A stretch of 63,686 nucleotides of DNA, counting the filler, from Octopus bimaculoides (Eukaryota): NCBI RefSeq assembly GCF_001194135.2. It is 7 parts of 7 records of this genome, joined end to end, with 100 filler letters (N's around TTAATTAATTAA, not from the genome) between each part and the next. Parts side by side here need not be neighbours in the genome. Positions count along the whole stretch, not along the records: positions 1 to 22,748 come from NC_068995.1; 6 more parts are not named here. The stretch is one strand, 5' to 3'. Shown here one piece after another: positions 1-12,402 of the stretch; the stretch's first letter is position 1, and each line of letters starts with the position of its first letter. The translations under genes were made by a program, and so were the position numbers. The notes beneath the pieces were generated by a model. The model was not told the origin of the DNA, did not search any database, and worked only from the letters and a program-made list of their open reading frames with translations.

Positions 1-228
1 ATGTATTTATATACAATCATAAATATATATATATATGCGTGTGTGTATGTGTGTGTGTGTATAAGATAAGAGGATAAATATGAATAAAGATGAAATGAAA
101 CCATATATTTATTGGGCGAAGGAGTTAATCAGTTAATTTTAATGATCTCTGAAAGTATTTTTTTATGATTTATTAATTGAAAAGGATGAAAGGTGCTATG
201 TAGCCATTCCATATTATAAATAATATTA

Positions 229-396
229 ATGATAATAATAACAATAACAACAACACAAACGATAATAATAGTATTACTACTACTAATATTAATAATAATA
301 ACAACAATAGTAATAACAACAATGATGATAACGATGATAACAACAACAATACAACAGCAACACCACCACCACTACCACAACAATAACAACAACAAC

Positions 397-448
<52 letters not shown>
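229..448. repeat. Compound (AAT)n/(AAC)n/(CAC)n trinucleotide microsatellite
   Basis: Direct reading; it explains the poly-I/T/N ORF at 229-615. Confidence 0.95.
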
Positions 449-449
<1 letters not shown>

Positions 450-937
450 TTCGTTTCTTTTCTTAATAAACAAACATAACTTCCTGACGGATATTTCAGA
501 GTTTTTATTATTAATTTGCATTCAAATATATTTTCAGTTATTAGATGTCATAAATTGGCCTAGAGCTACTGCTATATTTGATGAAATTATGCGTTTCAGT
601 CACGTTCACATGTAAGAGATTTACAATAAATATATTCTCTGCATATTTCTGTGAATATATATCTAAAGCAATTCAAACATTATTCATCTACATTTGAATG
701 TAAATCTGAAAATTAACATTGAAATATATGTTCTAAGTGTTCGGTTTTTTTGAACTTCGAATCTGATCATGTATAATAAATTATTCAGTTTATTTAGTTC
801 ATAAATGATTGATAGTTTTTTGATTTCTTTCAGAATAGATTATTTCAGGTACTGCAGCTTCTGGCGAAATATTCAAAAAGTAGCCCACGATAATCAATGT
901 TCTCATATTTTCTCTTACTCACCCACTCACTCCACTC

Positions 938-998
938 ACACACACACACACACACACACACGTATATATGTATGTTTGAATGTATATATGTATGTGTG

Positions 999-1045
<47 letters not shown>

Positions 1046-1215
1046 NNNNNNNNNNNNNNNNNNNNNNNNNNNNNNNNNNNNNNNNNNNNNNNNNNNNNNN
1101 NNNNNNNNNNNNNNNNNNNNNNNNNNNNNNNNNNNNNNNNNNNNNNNNNNNNNNNNNNNNNNNNNNNNNNNNNNNNNNNNNNNNNNNNNNNNNNNNNNNN
1201 NNNNNNNNNNNNNNN

Positions 1216-1260
<45 letters not shown>

Positions 1261-1372
1261 TCATATATGCATAGATGGTTAGATAAATATATATATACAT
1301 ATGTTCGTGTACGTACATCTATACCCAATCACACACTCATATATATGTATATATATACACATATACATGCAT

Positions 1373-1404
<32 letters not shown>

Positions 1405-1405
1405 G

Positions 1406-1465
<60 letters not shown>

Positions 1466-1487
1466 CACACAGGCACACAGAATTACC

Positions 1488-1519
<32 letters not shown>

Positions 1520-1530
1520 TACATACATAT
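938..1530. repeat. (CA)n/(TA)n compound microsatellite spanning an N gap
   Basis: Direct reading. Confidence 0.95.
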
Positions 1531-2299
1531 AAATAATATATTGTGAATATTCAGGAGGGATACCTATAAACTTTATTGTTTTATTCACTCTTTAATTCAT
1601 GTTTATATTTTATTTTATATATCAAGCATTTTATTGATAAAAATATATATATGCCAATAAGGAAAAGGTACACAGCAAAGTTTACTACTCAATCGACTGC
1701 ATTGGTTATTCGTTAGAAATATTTAAGATATATGAATATCCATAATGACCCAATGAATGCGCCTAATTGTTTGATGTTATCAGTAAAAATGCTGAATTAT
1801 AGACGTCCGCTATTAAATGTGATCAATTCTTAGCGCAGGACCGTTGACGTTTGCTAGTCTCTCACTGATTAAAGAGAAATAACTGTTTTGATTTTGGCAT
1901 TGTCAATAATTATTATACAAAATACTCGGGAGATTAAGATTGTAGGTAAAAGTTCGCTCAACCGAGGCGAATGAAAGACACACAAAAAAGCCCTGATATA
2001 TTTTATTATTAAAAGAATGTATCAATATATCCAAATTGAATATATTCTCCGTCCTATTTTCATTATTTTGTTGTTTCGTCTGTAATTGCCTCCAGGCCAA
2101 ATCATGCGAATATTAAAGCAAGCATTTCTCTTTCTCTTCAGCTTCGTCATGTATTTTCATGTATATCTTTCATATAAAATGTATCTTGTCTAGACATGTA
2201 CTGTAATTAGCAAGCATGAAATATATATTTTGTTCTTCCTAACATGACAATATCTCATTGTTAGATACCTTATTACAGGATCAAGGAAAGTTTGAATGC

Positions 2300-2965
<666 letters not shown>

Positions 2966-3289
2966 GTATGTGTGAAATAATTACTGAAACTAAATGCAGC
3001 CCTTAAAATATTGTCTAAAATACGAAAATATACACTACAATACTGATGTCGTTCTGTCTTTCATTAAATGCAACCCCTTTAACAAGCATACATACAAAAT
3101 ACCAGATCTGCTGAAGAAGTACTGGATAAGAATGACGAGTTCAATAGTTCATTTAGCCTTTTCTTCGTATTGAACCACTGTAAGCTGTACCTGGGAGCGC
3201 TACCTCCACCACACACGTACATCCACCACCATCACACACGTACACACACAAAGTGCACACACTCGCACATATACGTATGTATGTCCTAT

Positions 3290-3620
3290 GAATGATTTCT
3301 AGCTGTTTTCAGTAATGGATTCCTAGTACAGATGTTCCAGGGGTTTAAGGAGTGTTTGTGTCCTTGTTAGAGACCCAGCTACGCGTTAACTAGCATGTTA
3401 ATGATAGTGGGTGACAAAGATCTAGTTCTTGTTAGAACATCCTTCTAGAATAAAGTAAACTCGTGTAAGAAAACTCCGAAAGTGCAGCTTTTTTCTGTTC
3501 GTCTTAGCCTCTTTTGCATCACTAGGATTAGAGCTGATTGCAGCGCTGAAAAATGCGTTCTGTGTCTAGCCACAATTGTCCTATTCAAAACAAATTCACA
3601 TACTCGCACAACTTCTTGGA
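3290..3620 (-). mobile_element. Degenerate Penelope-like element fragment (region between RT and endonuclease)
   Basis: Minus-strand translation with stops, FQRCNQL...IFVTHYH...LKPWNICTRNPLLKTARN, resembles the Penelope LRRICS...IPFVTTYH...NWxIL...PLxAYRR region. Confidence 0.5.
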
Positions 3621-6423
3621 CTCTAGGAATATTTGCAAAGTTGTGATCATACTCTAGACATTGGTAAAATATGTGTAAAATTGAACGTATGAAGTTTACA
3701 TTCTGGTAATTCTATTTTGTTTCAATGTGCAGTGACATATAATTTTATTGTGACACTTCTATTTTGTTTCAATATGCAGCATTGAATTCAGATGATTTCG
3801 TCATGCATATACCAAAGATAAAGCCCCTCAACCCTATACACAGGGAAACAGAAATATAGATATGAGATAATTTAACCACGATACCAAAAATGAATTCATG
3901 TTCATATTTGACCAACATTATGTGGACTTGATGCCACATCTATAAATAAAATACTAACTTTGATCTGTAGGATAATGTGAGGACTCAATGACTTAGCAGA
4001 AAGTACAACATTCACATCATATAAAAGCAACACTATATTTATTCAAAACGATATTTTCAAAACTTAGAAATATGCAAAATTTTGGAGTAGTTTGTAAGAC
4101 AATGCACCTCACTCGATAAACAAAACACAATAATTCCGAAAAAATATACTTAGGGTCAAAATTTTGTTGTAAATATTCTCTAATTTCGCTTTGCCAACAA
4201 ATTTCCATTGTCGATGCATAAACCTTTCAACTACTACTATTAAACTCCGTTTATCTTAGAAAATGATAATACGAAAATGTAACAGAAATTTAGTCTAGAC
4301 AGAGAGTACAAGAAAACATAATATCCTGGCATTTACCATGTCACTGAAGACATGGCAAATGCCACCGACACAGCGACACCAAATGACTATAATTTTGTGC
4401 AAAAGCAAGTGAAAAACCTAACAAATTACACTAACGTAACTAGATAAATTGCACCATAGCTAATTCATAAATCTAATACATACTTAACTGGTAAATCTGG
4501 AGTTTATACACAGCAATATCTACAAATTATCAATAAGAATACAGAGAATAGAGATTGGCGTGTTACACAAAATTGGCAACATGCATACTTTGCGAAACGT
4601 TATTTTCCATTTGAACACTTGTGCTTTTTCATTTAACATGAACACCGTTTCTATGGGCATTTCACAAGTATATGATAACGAAATTATTAATGAGATGCAG
4701 AATAAAAAATAATACATTTGTTATAAATGATAACAATAATTGTTTGAAATTTTGGCACAATGCCAGCAATTTTAAGGAGAGCTAGTGAAAGAAAGCACTT
4801 ATGCATACACACATGTATATTTAATATGTATACACAGTGGAACTATAAAACCATAGCCGTGAGTTTGCAGCAAGCAAAAATAGTAAATGAATACATTTAA
4901 AAATGTGTTTGCGTTAAATGTGATTTCTAAAATAAATCAGAAATATATTTTAATAAGCACGACAAACATGTAACAAAATGAAGCATTAACCTTAATTTTC
5001 TTCCATTGTTTTTGTACAAACATCAAATGCATGTACATCGTGAAGGCATTCTGTAATATTCAAAACACTATTCAATATCGAGGATGTCACACAGACAATG
5101 TAAAATTGCTTTGCAGAATTTCATTCCTTTGTATTTATTTTACTCTATTAAAATTTATATGAAATGATATAAAATAAATAACGTGGAGCATGTTGAAATA
5201 GACAAGACAGTTTGAGTAGAATACTAAGAACAATGGTTTCACTCATTAAAAGTCACCCTTAGGCAAAAGTCTAACGTTTGTTGCTTATTTGGATAAATTA
5301 CTTACTGCTCGTATGTATACATAGAAAGGTACACACGCACACACAAATGCGCACGCACGCACACACACACTCACACATATGTGTTTGTTTTTCTGTGTGT
5401 GTGTGTGTGTGTGGCGGGATGCGTATGCGTCTGTATAGTAAATTCTTGTTTGTTCATAGGACTGTTATTTAGCGTAGTCTATTGTGCGTTATATGAGAAA
5501 TATGGCAGATGTATAAGAGGTTTTCGTATACGGTGAAATATATTGCTACTGAAATAAAATGCGGTCAGTGTGTTTCTTTCTATTTGAACTTCCTCTCCCC
5601 ACACGTACTTACTCACATACACACACAGACACACACACATACCAGTGTCTGTCCATTTCTTCCTTTCTTTCTCTCCTCCTCACTCTCTCTCTCTATGCAT
5701 AATTGCATGCACATATTCATACATACTTGCATGTATGTTTCTTTGTCTTTGTGTAAGTGTGTGGGTGTATGTATGTGTGTATGTGTGTGTATGTATGTAT
5801 GTGTGTGTTTCTGTGAGTCTATAGTTGTTTATAATTATTCTTTGCCAACTGTAAACATATATTCTTACTCAAAATATATTGGAAACACACAACGTGTGTC
5901 TACCCACTCTCATTATCTTTATGTCACACATACACGGATGTGTGTGTGTGTGTGTGTTGTGCAGCCATTACCGCTCCACCATGGGTCATAGGAGCAATCT
6001 CGTGATATGTGATGGATTATATCAACCTCTAGTGCTGAGCATACACGGGATTTCTTCCAGAAACAGAGATGCACAAAGAGGAGAGAAACAGATATAGAAA
6101 ATAAAAAATTTAAACTTCGCATAACTGTAGAGTGATTTGAGCTTTTATTCATATTCTTCAAGAGTTGTTCTTGTCTACAGTTTCTTATCATCATGCTTAA
6201 AACATTATGGTCATAATGCCGTTTTTGTATAGTATAGAACAGTGTTAGGTTTCAGAGATTGTATTGATCCCCAAGTCAATGACTTTGAATGGCTCCTATA
6301 CATGACCATTCACTCTAATCACAGAAGAATTGCTATTTCATGTTGCAGCAATCTAACCTGAGAAGAGGGACAGAAATAGAACGCCCTCAGGATAGTTACT
6401 ACTATTGTAATCATCCCTCCGAA

Positions 6424-8160
6424 ATTTTTGATTGATCAAAATGTATCAGGGCCCCGACCAGGCCAGGTTCCTCGCCCATAGGTTATGTATTATCATATAA
6501 GGTGGATAGATCTGTTTGGGGATTATTCATGTTTCCGCATCATTAGTCAGATCAGTGATGGGGCAAGCGACAACCTTTTTTCTCATACCTTGGCCAAAAG
6601 TGTATCTGAATTTAACGGTTATAGTACAAACATTTGTGATACACCTTTTTTAGCGTATTTATCATCAGCACCACCGCTCATTTACTCCCCTGATTGGGAA
6701 TTACCTCGGTTGCTCTTCCAGGTGTGGCAGATATTTTTCAAAGGTTCTCCATATAAATCTGTCATAAATGTCACAGGACAACTCATTCAAACTAGGTACT
6801 TTCATGTCAAGCAGCCAGCACTCGCTTCCGTATAACCACGTCTATTATAAGATTTTGTCAACTCCACATTTCTTGCCAAAAGTTTTAGCTGGCATTCGGA
6901 GCAGACACTAAGATCCATCTTCCATTTAGGACCTGACATACGTCTCGACCGAATTTCAACTGAAAAGCCGTACACATCTTGCGGATATTGAAACCTGTAA
7001 CCTTCGTGGTCCGCTAAACACTATACTGACCTTTGTTGTAAAAATTTGCTTCTGTCACACGGGCCAATCAACTAGGTTTCGTCCCCTCCCTTCTTAGAAT
7101 CCGCGTCTTAGATTTGATATCGTAGTCTTTATGCAGCAAAATAAATGATCGAGAGCCAGTCTCCCTCCATAGGCAACTCTTGTGGCACCTTGCCTAAGCA
7201 TTTCATCTAAGCTCCTATGCTCCATTCATCTAAGCTCTATTCTATATTTTGTTTCTTGCTGTAGCATTAACTCTAATCAGTCTTTGAGAGCGAGCCATTA
7301 TATATTATTAACGATCGCCCCGCAACACACGTATAATTTGCTTTCTCAGTTTGTTTAAGACTGGCGTACCTGGAACGACGTGTTTAGCTTCTAGTACAAG
7401 GTCCCTTCCTAAGAAGCCTGTCTACGTCTAGCGTATACATCACAAATGTGTGCTTTGTGTAACCGTTTTATTTAAAATGACAAAACCTTGTCTATCCTGG
7501 ATGAACCGACTTTGTTTTACCATGCCGAGAGTGGTATATTCAAGAAATGCCATTCGGTATTCTTTAGATAGTTGCAAATATTTTATCAGTTTTGCAATGC
7601 TTCTACACACCGCTTTCGTATCGGTTGGTCCCACATATTTCAAACAGACATCTAAGTTGGCGTTCCAGTGCTCCACAGCAAGAACAACCAACTTGCATAA
7701 TTGATCCAAAAATATTGAGTATTGTGGCACAGATCCTTCCGTAACGACACAGCTGTTCGACCTTCCCATCTTGCCAGAATTGAGAAAGTACGGATATCTT
7801 GTATACATAGGAAAGAGTTATGAAACATTGTGGATCGGAATTTGATCTCACAATACATAATGACATGACGCCGTTGAGCAGGTGGTGCTCCTTGGAATGG
7901 ATGAGTATTTACGCTGTCTATTTCTGCGTGTATTATAAGTTTTTGTCAACTCTACATTTCTTGCCAACAGTCGTGGAATTCGGTGTAGGCACAGAAATTC
8001 ATCTTCCATTTTCGACCTGCCATACGTCCCGACAAGAATTCCAACTGAAAAGCCGTACGTATCTTCTTGCGGATGGTGAAACATGTAACCTTTGTAGTCT
8101 GCTAAACACTGAGCTGACCTTGACAGATTCACGATGGTGAAAAAGTATCTTATTACTTAC
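6424..8160 (-). other. GC-elevated segment with a diverged ~190-bp direct repeat (6843-7033 and 7931-8122); unidentified decayed coding-like relic
   Basis: The copies align by eye (TATTATAAG.TTTTGTCAACTC.ACATTTCTTGCCAA ... CAACTGAAAAGCCGTAC ... GCTAAACACT). No protein family recognised. Confidence 0.55.
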
Positions 8161-8189
8161 ACCGATGGAGTGAAAGGTGTTTGGTCACC

Positions 8190-8760
8190 TGATGTTTCCT
8201 ACTTCTTTTTCCATGTATTTTTCAATATGTTACATGGGTGCTGTAATTTATGGACGATTTTGTTTCTATGTGATCGAATACTGGAAGATACAGTAATGTA
8301 ATTATTGTGTGTGATTTGTATTTATCGCTGTGTAGTTAATAATTTCCTTTCTGTTACTTGAAGTTAGCGTTGCGGTGTGTGACCTGACTGTTGTTGGGTG
8401 TGTAAATTTGTTTATAATTGGGCTGGTAGTATGTGTATTTAGGATAGTCGTGGTGATGGTGAGGAGTCGAGGATCTAGTTGATTTTGGTTGTGATGATGG
8501 AGTGTACATCCTCAAATGCACCTATTCAGTTTGTTCGTATCTCCCAGCAAAATAGCTGCAAAATACATGAAAAATTATGATATTGCATGATAGACACTTA
8601 TAAGGTCTACAAGGCCTGGCGAACCTGATGTTCAAAGAAAATATTACTCAAAACCGGATCAATGCTTAGCCACCAGACACTAGCAAACAAGTATTTCTGA
8701 AGATGGTGTAGATCCTGCCATCCACTTTTGTAGTGCAGGCAGAAAAACAACACACCTCCT
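8190..8760 (-). mobile_element. Highly degenerate Penelope-like RT fragment
   Basis: Minus-strand frameshifted DGRIY...SIDPVLSNIFFE resembles F.G..Y.Q..G..MGS.LSP.LANIFME; ITLLYLP occurs further downstream. Confidence 0.35.
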
Positions 8761-9049
8761 CATCTTTGGATGCTTTATATTAACCTCAAAGGGAAATAGT
8801 CATTGACATGACAGACTTAATCAGTATTAGTACCTAGCTACAAGCTGTATAGTTGGACTTCCATATGAGAAGAACAGGTTTGAACAGAATCCTGCCAAAT
8901 AGAAAAATATGAAACTACCCCTGTTGTTAGGGATCTTAATATAGAAAATGTTAGCCTTATTCAAGGCAAAAGTCAAGATTTTGTGACAAAATAATCATAT
9001 TGATAAAAATTATTTGCTCATAAATATGTCAGTCTCAGTAGCTTGCGGT

Positions 9050-9272
9050 ACTTTTTAAAAAATTTAAGTAAATTCAAGGATATTGAAGTAGAGGTCTCAA
9101 AATGATGTATATAATTACAACAACTGTACTGTGATCATTGGAGCATCGGGCACAATACCAAAATTCAATATTGAACGGTATAGCCAAATACCAGGAAAAC
9201 TAAAAGGATCAGCACTACAAAACATTGTTCTCATGGGTGGGCACTGCCCAGATCCTAAGAAAATCAGCGTGA
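9050..9272 (+). mobile_element. Dong/R4-like LINE 3' fragment (restriction-like endonuclease C-terminus)
   Basis: LSKFKDIEVEVSK..VIIGASGTIPK..QIPG..LQNIVLMG..AQILRK; homologous to 19200-19506. Confidence 0.75.
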
Positions 9273-10536
9273 AACTGAATAGATCTGAGTCTCTTGAAAT
9301 GTTTTCAAAGCTGAAACATTACAAGTTTAACAGAATCTTAGTACTTTGATTCTGATCTCCCATCCCTACAATATATCATTGCAAATGATACGTAACACAC
9401 AGAATAAAACGACCAGCTTGCTCTTACTGAAGTTCTCTGGTTGAGACTAGGAATCGCTCGTATAAAACACAGCAACAACAACATGAATGATAATATATTT
9501 TTTTCTGATGTAGGTACAAGGCCAATAGTTTTCAAGGGAGGGGAATAATCAAAACATTCAATACAAGTCCTTGACTAGTACATTAATTTGTGGAGCCTTG
9601 AGGAATGAAAAGCAAAGCTGACCGAGGCAGGGTGCAAGAATGTAATTTAATATCGTTTATATTCAATTAAGGCTGTTTGATCCAACATTAGTGTTCAACA
9701 TCACCTAATATTTTTCAGTGCAACAGTATATGCAATTTGTTGGATTTGTTACATTGAACCAGGGTAGATTTGATCCAGTATATTTTTGATAATATACAGG
9801 TCAACTATGACTGTCTATTCCTTCTGTACAAACATACGATATAGTTGTTTTGATATTTAGTTACTGTTTGTAAAAGCTAACGCCAATACGTAGGCCCGCC
9901 TCTGCTCATTTATACATTGTACACCCCAATAGATATAGACACAGATATTCGAGCATACGCTGTATTCCAAAACGTAAACAAGCTTGAAAGTTTACGTAAC
10001 AAAGATTATTGTCTTTATTAAAGGTGTTTCATTACGCCTATTTCGGCACTCCTCATTTGAAAGGGACAAACATCAAAAAAGTTTTCGTTTTCATCTCTCG
10101 TAAAGATTCGCGTGTTTCTTTTTAATCTCAGTATTTTGTAAACAGTATAATTCACTAAGGGCTGTCAATGGCGTATTAGGTTTCACGAATGAGTTTCTTT
10201 GTGAAACTAGAATCTTCATTCCTTGATAGTAATTCTGTTAGAGAATGTGCTTCAGAAACTCATGGATGTCACCACACACTCTTAAATTATTTCCACTAAT
10301 AACAATTCTGTTAACAGCCAGCAAATGAAGTAACACTATCGGACAGAAGCGCCAGAAGGAAATGAAATATAATAATAATCCTAGTGACAAAAAATATTTC
10401 CTCTCGGATATTTTAACCTGATAGAAAATGTAACCAAAAAATGCTTTAATGTCGCAATCTGCAATCTAATGAAATGGATTTTTAAGAAAATATAGCTCTA
10501 TGTGCGCGCGTGTGTTTGTGCGTGCATGCGTAAACA

Positions 10537-10537
<1 letters not shown>

Positions 10538-10570
<33 letters not shown>

Positions 10571-10680
10571 CCCCCCTCTCTCTCTCCCTCTCTCTCTCTC
10601 TCCCTCTCTCTTTCTCTCTCTCACACTGTGTCTCTCCATGTCTCATTCTCTCTCCCTCTCTCTTTCTATCTATTTATCTA
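10538..10680. repeat. (CT)n microsatellite
   Basis: Direct reading. Confidence 0.9.
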
Positions 10681-11581
10681 TAAATCTTAGAATAAGTCAC
10701 ATATATGCTAGATATCCGTAATGTCCCACCTGACTCTGTCATTTACGAAGAACCTAACAGAGTCTCTATACGCCAAGACAAATTATGTCTAAATAAAGAT
10801 GTCTGTCACAGCTGCACTCAGCGATTGGTATTGGGTTAGGTTTAAACAATACGAGGATATTAACTAAAATATACTTAGTATTTTGAATAAAATATGTAAT
10901 GAATGAATGTATGTTCTACAATAATACGTATCTAAGTTGTAGTCCCATAATAATATCTTCGATGCAATAAATATGGGAGCTGAAGTTCCACACTAAAGAG
11001 AAACAGAAACAAATGACAGATATATTGATGTAACCAAGGGAGCTAAATTATAAATACACGTAAGAGAATTTATTACTCTGTTCAAAGATGCTCCTTCAAA
11101 TTTCTTAACTTCTATGTCATTTCAAAGGATGAAACAGATTCGCATGCTTCTTTCGCCTGAGCGCGCATCAAGTGAGAAAAAGTAGAATAGAGATGGGCGG
11201 AGTGTCCAACTTTGAGAGCATATGTGTATGTTAATGTATGTGTTTGTGTACATTTATGTGAGTTTGTGTGTGTGTGTGTTCATGTCTCAATGTGTGTATA
11301 TTAGTGTGTGCATATGCATACACGTAAATAGATTCTTATATATAAATGTATATAAATACATATAATACAAAATACGCACACACACACACACATAAATGTA
11401 TGTGTGTATATATTTAAAACAAAAATTATATATATAGACATATGTACANNNNNNNNNNNNNNNNNNNNNNNNNNNNNNNNNNNNNNNNNNNNNNNNNNNN
11501 NNNNNNNNNNNNNNNNNNNNNNNNNNNNNNNNNNNNNNNNNNNNNNNNNNNNNNNNNNNNNNNNNNNNNNNNNNNNNNNNN

Positions 11582-11619
<38 letters not shown>

Positions 11620-12039
11620 TGTGTGTGATTCCAGTAAGAGAATTGAGAAAAATTGAGAAATACAGCGGTATGTAACCTGATTTAATCTTAGAATATATAA
11701 GCTTATAGATGTGTGTATATACCAGTGTATTTTGCATTACTTCGTTTTGTGTTCTTTCTTCAAATAACAAGCTTCTTCATCAAATGAAAATATATACATA
11801 TGGTTATACGCGTGTTTTAGAAAATTGTTCCCTCTATAATATATCTAAGCAACGTGCCAGAGAATCCGGCTTATTTCTTCAAAGAAGTAGATACAATTTT
11901 TTGTATGTCTCCTGGAAATCAACAGCTATTTTAAGAGACAAAACCTGAAACAACGTTTTGTTTAGTCAAAACATATCACGTGAAAAAGCGTAAAATTTAT
12001 TAATAGGAAATCCAGAGAATATCCTATATCTCTTATTTT

Positions 12040-12402
12040 TTACTTGCTCCAGTCACTGGACCGCCGGTATGCTAGGGCATCGCCCTGGAGAATTATAGTC
12101 GAATGAATCGACCCCATTATCTTTGACAGTCTGGTAGTTACTTCAAACGTCTATTACGCGGATGTAAACACACCAACACCGGTTCTCAAGTGGTGAAGGG
12201 ACAAACAAAAACACAAACACACAAAATGACACACATATACATATATACGACGGGCTTCTTTCAGTTTCCTTCTCTCAAATTCACTCAGAAGAATTTGTCG
12301 GCCTGAGGTTATAGTTGAAGATACCTGCTCAAGATATCACGCCATGGTATCGAACCCAGAGCCATATGGTTGGAAAGTAAACTTCTTACCACACAGCTAC
12401 TC
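12040..12402 (-). mobile_element. tRNA-derived SINE (family C: AAGAAG.TTGCTT.CCAACCA.ATGG...GGTTC head)
   Basis: Homologous to the copies at 47860, 50612, 22865 and 57600; B-box-like GGTTCGATACC on the minus strand. Confidence 0.75.

Noticed and set aside
6960-8087. Hammerhead-like layout CTGAAAA..hairpin..GAAAC(A/C)TGTA in both copies of the 190-bp repeat (retrozyme-like arrangement)
   Set aside because: The essential G8 is A in both copies without a compensating change at position 3, and no helix I can form in either.
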